46,325 nucleotides of DNA, taken from the NCBI RefSeq assembly GCF_048594945.1, contig NZ_JBMDXJ010000333.1, positions 1 through 46,325 of the forward strand, written 5' to 3'. Every line of letters begins with the position of its first letter. Positions within the stretch are counted from its first letter, which is position 1. The stretch is from Pseudactinotalea sp. (GTDB taxonomy: Bacteria; Actinomycetota; Actinomycetes; Actinomycetales; Beutenbergiaceae). Positions 27,487 to 37,054 of the stretch are shown here, in pieces. Under the pieces are notes generated by a model. The model was not told the origin of the DNA. It did no database searches and worked only from the letters and a program-made list of their open reading frames with translations. The translations under genes and the position numbers were made by a program.

Positions 27487-28752
27487 ATGCTCGTCACCGT
27501 TGTCCTGGTCGCTCTCGCCGGCGCCATCGCAGCCCGACGAGTGCCGTGGGTCCGGCTGCGGATGCCGCCACCGACGTCGACCACGCTGATGGCGCTCGCG
27601 GCGGCCGTCGCCACGTTCTCGTTCGCCGACGCCTCGCCGGGTGCCGGCCGAGCGGCGATCGCCGGTGGCGTCACGCTGGCGGTAGGCGCGTGCGCGATCG
27701 CGATCGCCGGCTGGTTCGCCCATCTGGTCCTGGCGCCCGCCCGCCAGCGCAACTTCCTCGCCCAGGTGGAGTCCCTCAGCGATCGGATCGTCGCGCGAGC
27801 GGACGCGGTGACCTGGCGTGTGGGCCGATGGAACGTCGTCGCCGTCGTGGTCCGCTCGGTGCTGCGCGCCGCTCACGTACGCGTGACCGGACTCGCCGCC
27901 GAGATGAGCTACTACGCACTGATCTCGCTGGTGCCGATCGCCACGGCGCTCGGGTCGAGTCTCGGCTTTCTGCGCAAGGTGCTGGGCGACGAGCAGGTCG
28001 AGGCGATCCGCACCTCGATCGTCGACGGCCTCACCTCGATCTTCGCCGAGCAGGTGGCCAGCGACATCCTCGCTCCGCTGGTCGACGGCCTGCTCGACGA
28101 AGGGCGCACCTCGGTCGCGATCGGCGCGCTGCTGATCACGTTGTACCTCGCGAGCCGGGTGTTCCGTGCCGCGGTACGTGCGCTCGATGACGCCTACCGC
28201 GTCACGGCCCGCCGGAACGTGGTGGCGCAGTACCTGCTGGGGTTCGTGTTCACGATCGGTGCCGTCCTCACGTTGGTGACGATCGCCTTGCTCGTGGTGA
28301 TCGGGCCGCTGCTGGGCGGCGGCGATGCGCTCGCCGAGCAGTTTGGCCTCGGCGAGGCCTTCCAGGTGGCTTGGGACGTGCTGCGCTGGCCCGTGGCCTG
28401 CGTGTTGGCGCTGCTGTTCCTCGTGTTCCTGTACCGCTATGCACCGAACGCGGACCATCACTGGCGCACGTGCGTGCCCGGTGCCGTGGTCGGGTTCCTC
28501 GGGCTCCTCCTGGTCTCGACGGGGTTCGCCCTGTACGTCCGGGCGTTCGCACCCACGACGATCGCCCCCGACGCCGCGAACGCGGCCGTGGTGCAGGCCG
28601 CGGCGCAGATGCTCAGCCTGGTGCTCGCTGGCGTGCTGTGGCTGTGGCTCGCCAGCATCGCCGTGCTTCTGGGTGGCATCGTCAACGCCGAGATCGATGC
28701 CGAGCGGGAGGCGGCCGCGACCGGGCGAGATCCGAATCCGATTCCCACTTGA
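27487..28752 (+). CDS. YihY/virulence factor BrkB family membrane protein with N-terminal extension
   Basis: LAAEMSYYALISLVP, ALDDAY, LYRYAPN, PGAVVG, LWLWLASIAVLLGGIVNAE. Confidence 0.88.
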   Translation: MLVTVVLVALAGAIAARRVPWVRLRMPPPTSTTLMALAAAVATFSFADASPGAGRAAIAGGVTLAVGACAIAIAGWFAHLVLAPARQRNFLAQVESLSDRIVARADAVTWRVGRWNVVAVVVRSVLRAAHVRVTGLAAEMSYYALISLVPIATALGSSLGFLRKVLGDEQVEAIRTSIVDGLTSIFAEQVASDILAPLVDGLLDEGRTSVAIGALLITLYLASRVFRAAVRALDDAYRVTARRNVVAQYLLGFVFTIGAVLTLVTIALLVVIGPLLGGGDALAEQFGLGEAFQVAWDVLRWPVACVLALLFLVFLYRYAPNADHHWRTCVPGAVVGFLGLLLVSTGFALYVRAFAPTTIAPDAANAAVVQAAAQMLSLVLAGVLWLWLASIAVLLGGIVNAEIDAEREAAATGRDPNPIPT

Positions 28753-28789
28753 CAGATATCTGATAACTCATGTGTACTGTGTCTCAGAC
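28749..28789 (+). promoter_or_regulatory. Promoter/operator region of the FadR-lyase locus
   Basis: AT-rich patch with TTGACA (28749), palindrome CAGATATCTG (28753-28762), TACTGT (28775) and GTCTcAGAC (28781-28789). Confidence 0.55.
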
Positions 28790-28806
28790 GAACGGGAGTC
28801 ACAACG

Positions 28807-29511
28807 ATGCGCGCACCCCTCTCCAGGCAGGCCGATCTGAGCCTGCGGCAGTACATCCTCGACCAGGGCCTCGGACCCGGCGACGCCCTCCCCTCCGAGG
28901 GTGAGCTCGCCACTCGCCTCGAGATGGGCAAGACCTCGATCCGCGAGGGGATCCGCCGGTTGGAGACCCTCGGGATCGTCGAGGTCCGCCACGGGCGTGG
29001 CTTGTTCGTCGGCAGGTTCTCGTTCGCGCCGCTGATCGAGCAGCTCCCCTACTCGCTCGCGATGGACAGCGTGCCGTTCCGCGACCTGCTGCAGGTCCGG
29101 CGCGCCCTCGAGGAAGGTCTCGTGGTCCAGGCGGCGGCAAGGCTCACCGAGGCGGACCTCAGCACGCTCGACGACCTGGTCGAGCAGATGCGGGCAGGTT
29201 CGCAGGACGGCCGGGTCCCACCCGACGTGGACCGCGCGTTCCACCTTGCGCTCTTCGCCCCGCTGGGGAACCGCTTCGTCAGCGAGCTGCAGGAAGTCTT
29301 CTGGGACATCTTCCATCGCGCCGTCGAGCATGTCCCAGCACGCCCCGGTCTGCACACCGCCGACGACCACGCCAACATCGTGACGGCGATCCGCACCGGT
29401 GACGCGCTGCAGATGACGCGAGCGATCGCCGATCACTTCGCCGACATCGAGGCCGTCGTCGAGGACCTCGTCGTCGGCGGTGCCCAGGGAGCCGACCGAA
29501 CCTCGGCCTAA
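28807..29511 (+). CDS. FadR/GntR family transcriptional regulator (NanR-like)
   Basis: PGDALPSEGEL, SIREGIRRLE, VRHGRGLFV, FCD domain (VRRALE, DRAFH). Confidence 0.92.
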   Translation: MRAPLSRQADLSLRQYILDQGLGPGDALPSEGELATRLEMGKTSIREGIRRLETLGIVEVRHGRGLFVGRFSFAPLIEQLPYSLAMDSVPFRDLLQVRRALEEGLVVQAAARLTEADLSTLDDLVEQMRAGSQDGRVPPDVDRAFHLALFAPLGNRFVSELQEVFWDIFHRAVEHVPARPGLHTADDHANIVTAIRTGDALQMTRAIADHFADIEAVVEDLVVGGAQGADRTSA

Positions 29512-29582
29512 CCCGCGCCCTACCCACCCGCCTGGTCGGACCGACCTGGCTCGATCCGCCCTGCCCACCCGAAGGAATCTCC

Positions 29583-30488
29583 ATGCCCCTGTCCGGCATC
29601 ATGCCCGCCCTCGTCACGTCGTACGACGCCGACGGCGAGATCGACCTCGATCGCAATCGCACCCTGGTCGACGCTCTCGTCGGTGCAGGCGTCGACGGCC
29701 TGTTCATCTCGGGCTCGACCGGTGAGGCGCTGCTGCACACCCTCGACGAACGACGCCGTCTCATGACGGCGTGCGTCGACGAGGTCGGCGGCCGTGCCAC
29801 GGTCATCGCGCACGTGGGCCAGATCGATGTCGCCACGACCCTCGACCTGACCCGGTTCGCCGTTGCCGAGGGCGTGGACGCGGTCTCCGCCGTGACGCCG
29901 ATCTACTACTACCTCGACGAAGCGGCACACGCGGCCTACTACCGCCAGATCGCCGACGTCCTGGGCGGCAGCGTGCCGTTGGTGGCGTACCACATCCCGT
30001 CCCGCACCGGCGTGCAGCTCGGCCCTGGCTTCTTCCTCGACCTCGCCCACGAGGGCGTCATCCAGGGCCTGAAGTACACCTCGACTGACCTCTACCCGCT
30101 GACCGAGGTGCGCCGCGACGCCCCAGAGGGCTTCGCGATCTTCAACGGTTCTGACGAGGTGCTGCTCGGTGGGCTCGCGCTCGGCGCGGACGGCGGGATC
30201 GGGTCGACCTACAACGCGCTCCCCCGGCTCTACTCCGAGCTTGCCGCAGCCGCCTCGGGCGGCGACCTCGCCACCGCGCGCACGCTGCAGTCCCTCGCCA
30301 ACCGGTTCATCGAGGAGATGAACGGCTACAACTTCATCGCGTTCCTACGTGCCGTGCTCGAGCGTCAAGGCTTCTCGATGGGCGCCAGCCGCGCTCCGCT
30401 GCCGTCGCTCGACGACTCCCAGCGCGCCGCCATCAACGGCTTCTTCGACGCCCAGCCCCAGCTGTCCGAGTACCTGATCTCGGCCTGA
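29583..30488 (+). CDS. DHDPS-family aldolase, N-acetylneuraminate lyase-like
   Basis: GSTGE, SAVTPIYY, YHIPSRTG, Schiff-base KYTS, GSDEVLLGGLALGADGGIGSTYN. Confidence 0.85.
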   Translation: MPLSGIMPALVTSYDADGEIDLDRNRTLVDALVGAGVDGLFISGSTGEALLHTLDERRRLMTACVDEVGGRATVIAHVGQIDVATTLDLTRFAVAEGVDAVSAVTPIYYYLDEAAHAAYYRQIADVLGGSVPLVAYHIPSRTGVQLGPGFFLDLAHEGVIQGLKYTSTDLYPLTEVRRDAPEGFAIFNGSDEVLLGGLALGADGGIGSTYNALPRLYSELAAAASGGDLATARTLQSLANRFIEEMNGYNFIAFLRAVLERQGFSMGASRAPLPSLDDSQRAAINGFFDAQPQLSEYLISA

Positions 30489-30521
30489 CCACCCCGTTTC
30501 CCAAAGGAGAGGAACACTTTC

Positions 30522-31832
30522 ATGTCCCGCATGACTCGACGTCGCGCCCTCGGGGCCGGCGCCGCCGTGCTCGCCGGAGCGCTCGCGCTCACGGCCTGCA
30601 CGCCCAGCGAAGACACACCCGACAGCACCCCCTCGACGAACGCCGAGGGCAACCCCACCGGAACCCTCGAGATCGTCTGGCCCGGCACCTCCGATCCGGA
30701 GACGCGGATGGCCGAGGACTTCGCTGACGCGATGGCCGAGCAGGGCATCACGATCGAGTACAACTTCCTGTCGTGGGCCGACATCGGCCAGCAGCTCGCC
30801 GTCCGGATCCAGGCCGGCGACCCGCCGGACCTGACCATGACCCAGGACGTCGTCGACCTCGTCCGCATGGACGGACTTCTCCCGCTCGACGACGTCTTCG
30901 ATGCGACGTGGACCGAGGACGACTTCCGCCCGGGTTCGCTCGACTTCTCGCGCGTGGACGGTTCGCTCTACTCGATCCCCTACGCGGCACAGGCCTTCGA
31001 CCTCGTGATCAACGAGACGTTGCTGACCGAGGCCGGCTACGCCGTCGAGGACCTCCGCACCTGGGACGACGTGATCGCCGCGGCCGAGGCCATGACGGGC
31101 GACGGCACCTACGGCTTCGGCTACCCGCTGCAGAACCCGCGCTTCGCCTTCCGCGGCGCGCTGACCGCCGCGTACGCAAACGGACTGTGGCCGGGCGACT
31201 CCTCGCCCGAGGCGGCGGACCGGTGGGTCGAGGTGCTCGAGCACGTCCAGCAGCTGAACGAGCTGTCCCCGCCCGCCGCCGCGGCGTGGTCGTACCCGGA
31301 GATGTTCCAGTCCTACGCCAACGGCGAGGTCGGCATGATTCCGGCCGGCACTTTCTTCAGCGCGAACGTCTACGAGCTCAACCCCGAGATCATCGCCAGC
31401 TCCCGACAGATCGCCTACCCGGCCGGCCCCTCGGGCGAACAGCTCGCCCCGGTCTCCAACGCCGGCTTCGCGATCTTCAAGGACTCGCCGAACATCGAGC
31501 TCGCGGAGTACGTGCTGCAGCAGCTGGTCTCACCCGAGTGGAGCAGCAGGCTGACGACGGCCGTCAACACCCCGGCACTGTCCGAGGTGGCGCCCGAGGA
31601 CCTCGCCGGTGCGGCCGCCGATATCTACCCGGACGCGGCCGAGGGGCATGTCCAGCAGATGATCGACCAGGCCACGCTGATCGACGAGGCCGGTGTGCCG
31701 CTGCAGCCGATCGTCGGCCAGGCGACCATCGAGACCGAGTTCCAGGCGATCCTGCTCGAGTTCCTGGACGGCAGCTTGTCGGCCGCCGACGCCCAGCAGC
31801 AGATCGCAGCGGCGATCGAGGACGCCCAGTAA
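30522..31832 (+). CDS. Sugar ABC transporter substrate-binding lipoprotein
   Basis: RBS AAAGGAG; TRRRALG twin-arginine-like start, lipobox LTAC, AGDPPDL, DGSLYSIPY. Confidence 0.9.
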   Translation: MSRMTRRRALGAGAAVLAGALALTACTPSEDTPDSTPSTNAEGNPTGTLEIVWPGTSDPETRMAEDFADAMAEQGITIEYNFLSWADIGQQLAVRIQAGDPPDLTMTQDVVDLVRMDGLLPLDDVFDATWTEDDFRPGSLDFSRVDGSLYSIPYAAQAFDLVINETLLTEAGYAVEDLRTWDDVIAAAEAMTGDGTYGFGYPLQNPRFAFRGALTAAYANGLWPGDSSPEAADRWVEVLEHVQQLNELSPPAAAAWSYPEMFQSYANGEVGMIPAGTFFSANVYELNPEIIASSRQIAYPAGPSGEQLAPVSNAGFAIFKDSPNIELAEYVLQQLVSPEWSSRLTTAVNTPALSEVAPEDLAGAAADIYPDAAEGHVQQMIDQATLIDEAGVPLQPIVGQATIETEFQAILLEFLDGSLSAADAQQQIAAAIEDAQ

Positions 31833-31845
31833 CCACCCCACCACA

Positions 31846-31885
31846 TCGGGGCGGTCGATCGCGCAGACGCGGTCGACCGCCCCGA
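31846..31885 (+). repeat. Intra-operon stem-loop after the binding-protein gene
   Basis: TCGGGGCGGTCGA / TCGACCGCCCCGA, 13-bp perfect stem extending inward; typical mRNA-stabilising element in ABC operons. Confidence 0.7.
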
Positions 31886-31897
31886 ACGGAGGCCCCC

Positions 31898-32839
31898 ATG
31901 ACCACCCTGACCGCGCCCGCGCGGCGGCCACGCTCGTTCCGGCGCTGGTACAGCGACAAGGGCTACTGGCTGGCACTGATGGCGCCCGTGCTGATCTTCT
32001 TGCTCGCGGCGCAGTTCTACCCGTTGCTGGAGACGATCCGGATCGGCTTCACGAACGAGACCGCGACGGCACCCGGCGAGACCGAGTGGGTCGGGTTCGA
32101 CAACTACAGCCAGCTGCTGCGCGAGGACCCGCGGTTCTGGCAGATCTTCCGGAACAGCATCTTCTGGGTCCTCGGTTCCGTGGTGCTGCAGCTGGTGCTC
32201 GGGACGCTCGCAGCGCTGGTGCTCAACCTCTCGTTGCGGTTGCGCGCCCTCTGGCGTGGGCTGCTCATGGTGCCGTGGGTGACCCCGGTGGTCGTGGTCG
32301 CGATCATCTGGCGCTGGCTGTTCCAGGGTGGCGAGTCCGGGCTGATCAACCACTACCTCGGCCGCGTCGGGATCATCGACGATCCGATCGTCTTCCTCGC
32401 CTCCGACGTCTGGGTCTGGCCGGTGCTGCTGCTGGCCTCGACCTGGAAAGGGCTGCCGTTCGCTGCGCTGCTGATACTGGCGGCGCTGCAGTCGCTGCCG
32501 AAGGAGGTCCAGGAATCCGCCGCGATGGATGGTGCCAACGCCATCCAGCGGTTCTGGCACGTCACGCTGCCGCACCTGCAGCCGACGCTGTTCGTCACCG
32601 GTATGACCTCGCTGGTCACCACCTGGTTCAAGTTCGAGATCATCTGGGCACTCACCAACGGCGGCCCGGGCTTCGCCACGAGCATCCTGCCCACCTACGT
32701 CTACACGTTCGCGTTCCAGCGCTTCCAGTTCGGCACGGCCGGCTCGGTCGCCACCATCGCGATGGTGATCGTGCTCGTGCTGGCCGCGATCGTGGCGTTG
32801 CTGTTCGGCGAGCGCCGTCAGAAGGGAGCCTCCCGATGA
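31898..32839 (+). CDS. Carbohydrate ABC transporter permease
   Basis: RBS GGAGG; WVGFDNY, EAA-loop ESAAMDGANAIQRFWHVTLP. Confidence 0.92.
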   Translation: MTTLTAPARRPRSFRRWYSDKGYWLALMAPVLIFLLAAQFYPLLETIRIGFTNETATAPGETEWVGFDNYSQLLREDPRFWQIFRNSIFWVLGSVVLQLVLGTLAALVLNLSLRLRALWRGLLMVPWVTPVVVVAIIWRWLFQGGESGLINHYLGRVGIIDDPIVFLASDVWVWPVLLLASTWKGLPFAALLILAALQSLPKEVQESAAMDGANAIQRFWHVTLPHLQPTLFVTGMTSLVTTWFKFEIIWALTNGGPGFATSILPTYVYTFAFQRFQFGTAGSVATIAMVIVLVLAAIVALLFGERRQKGASR

Positions 32840-33675
32840 ACCGCCGCGGTCCCTGGCCGGTGATCGGTCGCTACGTCGCGCTGCTGGCGCTGATGATCTT
32901 CCTGCTCGTGCCCGCGCTGTGGCTGCTGTACTCCTCGCTGCGCCCGAACAACGTGATCTTCGGCCCCCCGGTCCTCGACTTCAGCAACCTGACGTTGGAC
33001 AACTTCCGCTGGGCGATGTCCGAGCGTGGCCTCGGCATGGGGCAGCTGCTGAGCAACAGCTTCATGATCTGCCTCATGACGGTGGCGCTGACCACGGTCT
33101 TCGCCTGCCTCGCCGGCTACGGCCTCGTGCGGTACCGCGGCGCAGGCGCGAAGATCGCGATCGTGGGCCTGCTCATCGCGCAGATGATCCAGGGACCCAT
33201 GATCATGGTGCCCTGGTACAAGATCGCCTCGGCCCTGGACCTGCTCAACACGCGTGAAGTGCTGGTGCTGATCTACCAGACGCTGACGCTCCCCGCCGCC
33301 GTGTGGCTAATGGCGAGCTTCTTCCGCGCGATCCCGGTCGAGCTCGAGGAAGCCGCCTCGATCGACGGCGCGAGCAGGTTCCGCACGATGCGATCGGTCA
33401 TCCTGCCGCTCGCGCTTCCGGGTGTGGCCGCAGTGGCGCTGTACGCGTTCATCCTCGCGTGGAACGACTACCAGTACGCACTGATCCTCACGAGCTCCAA
33501 GTTCTCGAAGACCGTGCAGATCGGTATCGCCCAGGTGATGGACTCGATGGGGTCGACCAACTGGGGAGGAATCATGGCCGGTGGAGTTCTCGCGATCATT
33601 CCTGCGGTCATCATGTTCGCGCTCGTCCAGAAGACCCTGGTGCAGGGTCTCTCCGCCGGCGCGGTCAAGGGATGA
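32836..33675 (+). CDS. Carbohydrate ABC transporter permease
   Basis: ATGA overlap; ELEEAASIDGASRFRTMRSVILPL, AWNDY, GLSAGAVKG. Confidence 0.92.
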   Translation: MNRRGPWPVIGRYVALLALMIFLLVPALWLLYSSLRPNNVIFGPPVLDFSNLTLDNFRWAMSERGLGMGQLLSNSFMICLMTVALTTVFACLAGYGLVRYRGAGAKIAIVGLLIAQMIQGPMIMVPWYKIASALDLLNTREVLVLIYQTLTLPAAVWLMASFFRAIPVELEEAASIDGASRFRTMRSVILPLALPGVAAVALYAFILAWNDYQYALILTSSKFSKTVQIGIAQVMDSMGSTNWGGIMAGGVLAIIPAVIMFALVQKTLVQGLSAGAVKG

Positions 33676-34472
33676 CGCAGCTCGACGGGCTCGTGGCCCT
33701 CGTCACCGGTGGTGCCCGCGGGCTGGGCTGGGCTGCGGCGAACGCACTCGCACGCGCAGGTGCCGAGGTGATCCTCAGCTCTCGGAGTGCCGCTGTCGTC
33801 GACGAAGCAGTGCAACGGCTCAGGGAGACCGGCGCCGCTGCGCATGGCGTGGTGCTCGACGTCACGGTGCCGGAGTCGATCGAGGCTGCGGTCGCCGACG
33901 CCGTGCGGCTCGGTGGCGGTCGACTCGACGTGCTGGTCAACAACGCCGGCGGAGGCTCGGGCCAGAGCCCGGCCTGGCTCCCTGACCGCGCCGTCTCCGA
34001 CATCGAGGAGTCCCTGCGGGTCAACCTGCTCGGCCCCATCCTCGTCTGTCGTGAGGCCGCGCCGATCATGATGGCGCAGCGGTCCGGGTCGATCATCTCG
34101 ATCGCCTCGGTCGCGGGCCATGTCGGTCGAGACCGACGGATCTACGACGCGAACGGGATGCTGGGGCAGCCGATCGACTACGCGGCCGCCAAGGCCGGGA
34201 TCAGCGGGATGACTCGCGACCTGGCCGCCATGCTCGGTCCCTACGGCGTGCGAGCGAACGCGATATCGCCGGGCGGCTTCGCCGCCGAGGGCCATCCCAC
34301 GGGCTTCGTATCCGATTACGCGCGGCTGACAGCCCTCGGTCGAATGGGGCATGACGGCGGAGGCTCAGGCTCCGATCTCGACGGCGCGATCGTGTTCTTG
34401 GCGGGGTCTGCCTCGGCCTACGTGACGGGTCAGGACATCGTTGTCGACGGAGGATTCACGCTCACGCGATAG
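33672..34472 (+). CDS. SDR family oxidoreductase
   Basis: ATGA overlap; TGGARGLG, LVNNAG, YAAAK, NAISPGG, YVTGQDIVVDGG. Confidence 0.93.
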   Translation: MTQLDGLVALVTGGARGLGWAAANALARAGAEVILSSRSAAVVDEAVQRLRETGAAAHGVVLDVTVPESIEAAVADAVRLGGGRLDVLVNNAGGGSGQSPAWLPDRAVSDIEESLRVNLLGPILVCREAAPIMMAQRSGSIISIASVAGHVGRDRRIYDANGMLGQPIDYAAAKAGISGMTRDLAAMLGPYGVRANAISPGGFAAEGHPTGFVSDYARLTALGRMGHDGGGSGSDLDGAIVFLAGSASAYVTGQDIVVDGGFTLTR

Positions 34473-34520
34473 CCGAGCTCGTTAACCTGAACCGGATCGC
34501 CGCCCAGGGAGAGAAGACTC

Positions 34521-37022
34521 GTGCGCATCACCCGCCGATCACTACTCGTCAGCATGCCCGCCGCCGGGCTGGTGGCCGCCGTCGGAGGCTCGGTCGCCCT
34601 GCCGGCCGCTGCCGACGCGCCGGCCGGCACCGCCGATGTCGAGCCGTTGCTGGCCAACGCGACCACGCTGCTGGCGGGCACCGCCGAGATCAATCGGCTG
34701 CCCGCCGTGGCGGCGAAGGTTGAGACGATCACCGCGAATGCGCGAGCTCGGCTCGACCTGCTCGATGCTGCGAGCGGCGACCAAGTCTTCGCCGACCTGG
34801 AGCTCGGCGACGACGAAGCCGCCCTCGCCCGTGCCTTCACCTACGTGGCCGAGATCGCGCTCGCGACGGCGACGCCGACGTCGCCGCTGTTTGAAGTCCG
34901 GGAGGTCCAGGACCGCGCCCTCGCCACCCTCGACCGCCTGCAGTCCGAGTACTACCACGACGTCGAGTCCGGCTACTACGGCAACTGGTTCCAGTGGGAG
35001 ATCGGGATCCCGACCCAGGTCACCCGGACCCTCGTCCTCACGCGCGCCGTTGCCGACCCCGAGCTGGTGCAGCGGTGCGTGGGCGCGATGGACGCGTTCC
35101 TGCTCAACGGCGAGAACGGCGACGTCGACCTCGACTCGCGCTTCCACACCGGCGCCAACCTCGCCGACATCACCGGCAACCGGGTGCTCCAGGGCGCGCT
35201 GACCGCAGACGACGCGCGCATCACGAAGGCATTGGCCGATCAGAGCACGGTGTTCGCGACCGTGGATCCCTACCGCCTGCAGCACGGCGTCACCGACGGC
35301 TACTACGCCGACGGGTCCTTCATCCAGCATCATTCCGTGGCCTACACCGGCTCCTATGGCCGCGCGCTGCTCACGCGCGTGGTGCAGACGCTCGACGTGC
35401 TGCGAGGCACGGCATGGGCCGACGACGGCACCTTGGTGGGCACCGTCCTCACCTGGGTGCAGGCCGGGTTCGCACCGTTGGTGGCACAAGGCTGGATGAT
35501 GGAGGCGGTCAAGGGGCGCGCCGTCTCGCGCACTGCCACCGGGTACACCGACATCGCCGCCGTGGCCGAGGCCGTGGTGGACCTGACCGAGCACGCGAGC
35601 GACGTCGACTGGTTGCGGCCGTACGCCAAGCATCTGCTCGTGGCTTCGGCGACCGAGCCCGCACGGATGGTCTCGCCACTCAGCGTTGCGCTCGCGACCG
35701 CGATCCTCGACGACGACGCCCTGGTGGGCGCGGACGCCGTGGCGGAGACCTCGCACCACCACTTCGCCGCGATGGAGCGCAGCGTGCACCGCCGGCCCGG
35801 GTGGACCTTTGCCCTCTCCCGCTCCTCGGAGCGGATCAGCAAGTACGAGTACATGAGCGCCGAGAACCTCCGCAGCTGGTTCCAGGGCGAGGGTGCGCAC
35901 CAGCTCTACCTCACGGGTCAGGACCACGCGAGCGCGCACGGGCTCGACGGGCTGGTGCTGCAGCCCGCGCACGGACTCCCCGGCGTCATCGCACCTGACG
36001 AGGAACGGCAGACCGTGCCCGAGCTGTACGGCCAGGCCTGGTACGACAACCCGGACCACCCGCTGGAGTTCACGTCCTCGTCCGAGTCGCAGAACACCTA
36101 CGTCTACTTCCCCACCGGCACTCACCCGCACTCGGGCGGCGCGGCAATGGAGGCTCTCGGCAGCGCCGCGATGGTGCTCTCGGACGACGTCGCGCACCGC
36201 GACTCCCAGCGCGGTCTGCTGCCTGAGGACCTCCGCACCTGGGCGAGTGCCCGCGCCGTGCGGAGCTGGTTCTTCCTCGACGACGGCGTGGTGCTGCTCG
36301 CGGCCGGCGTCACCGATCCGCAGGACCGGGACGTACTGGTCACGCTCGATCGCCGCCGGAGCGGCGCGGCTACGGTGATCGGCGAGCGCGAGGACGGCCG
36401 CGCCTGGTCCGGGGCCGGGGAAGCTCGGCTGCGGTGGCTGCTCCAGCGCGACGGCGACCACAGCATCGGGTACCGGCTGCTGGAATCCTCGACGGTCCGC
36501 GTGAGCCTGGACCAGGTGAGCGCGAGCCGCCGCAGCCTCCGGACGAGCAACCCCGACACGCTGGTGGAGGGCGAGGTGTTCTCGCTGACCGCCCGGCACG
36601 GCGCGGGTGATCGCCGCGGCTCGTTCGCATGGTCGATCCACCCCGGCGCGGACGAAGCATCGCTGTCCTCGCGCCCCGCCGTGCGCGTGCTCGAGAACTC
36701 CACATCCGTGCAGGCCGTGACCGACCGGCGCACCGACCTGCTGGCGATCAACACGTTCACACAGGGCTGGCACCGGGTCCGGAACGTCGCCGTGGAGGGC
36801 GCCGCCAGCGTTCTGCTCCGCACCACGCGGCATGGCCTCGACGTGGCCGTGGCGGACCCGACCACGCAGCGGTCCCAGGTGCGGCTGCGGCTGCCGCGTC
36901 GTTACCGCGTCGAGAACGGCGAGCGGTGCCGGGAGGGTCGGCACGGCCACGGCTCCGAGCTCACGGTCGATGTGCACCAGTTGTACGGCCGTTCGGCCGT
37001 GATCAACCTTCGACGGCGCTGA
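34521..37022 (+). CDS. Tat-secreted polysaccharide lyase family 8 (hyaluronate/chondroitin AC lyase-like)
   Basis: TRRSLL signal; GNWFQWEIGIP, TGANLAD, DGYYADGSFIQH..VAYTGSYG, VKGRAVSR, YE...ENLRSW, RSWFFLDD. Confidence 0.92.
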   Translation: MRITRRSLLVSMPAAGLVAAVGGSVALPAAADAPAGTADVEPLLANATTLLAGTAEINRLPAVAAKVETITANARARLDLLDAASGDQVFADLELGDDEAALARAFTYVAEIALATATPTSPLFEVREVQDRALATLDRLQSEYYHDVESGYYGNWFQWEIGIPTQVTRTLVLTRAVADPELVQRCVGAMDAFLLNGENGDVDLDSRFHTGANLADITGNRVLQGALTADDARITKALADQSTVFATVDPYRLQHGVTDGYYADGSFIQHHSVAYTGSYGRALLTRVVQTLDVLRGTAWADDGTLVGTVLTWVQAGFAPLVAQGWMMEAVKGRAVSRTATGYTDIAAVAEAVVDLTEHASDVDWLRPYAKHLLVASATEPARMVSPLSVALATAILDDDALVGADAVAETSHHHFAAMERSVHRRPGWTFALSRSSERISKYEYMSAENLRSWFQGEGAHQLYLTGQDHASAHGLDGLVLQPAHGLPGVIAPDEERQTVPELYGQAWYDNPDHPLEFTSSSESQNTYVYFPTGTHPHSGGAAMEALGSAAMVLSDDVAHRDSQRGLLPEDLRTWASARAVRSWFFLDDGVVLLAAGVTDPQDRDVLVTLDRRRSGAATVIGEREDGRAWSGAGEARLRWLLQRDGDHSIGYRLLESSTVRVSLDQVSASRRSLRTSNPDTLVEGEVFSLTARHGAGDRRGSFAWSIHPGADEASLSSRPAVRVLENSTSVQAVTDRRTDLLAINTFTQGWHRVRNVAVEGAASVLLRTTRHGLDVAVADPTTQRSQVRLRLPRRYRVENGERCREGRHGHGSELTVDVHQLYGRSAVINLRRR

Positions 37023-37054
37023 GGAAGGATCTCAGGTCACCTTCGCGCCCGGGC

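Noticed and set aside
29516-29571. 15-nt direct repeat CGCCCT[A/G]CCCACCCG around a small palindrome
   Set aside because: C-rich low-complexity sequence typical before actinobacterial RBSs; insufficient support for function
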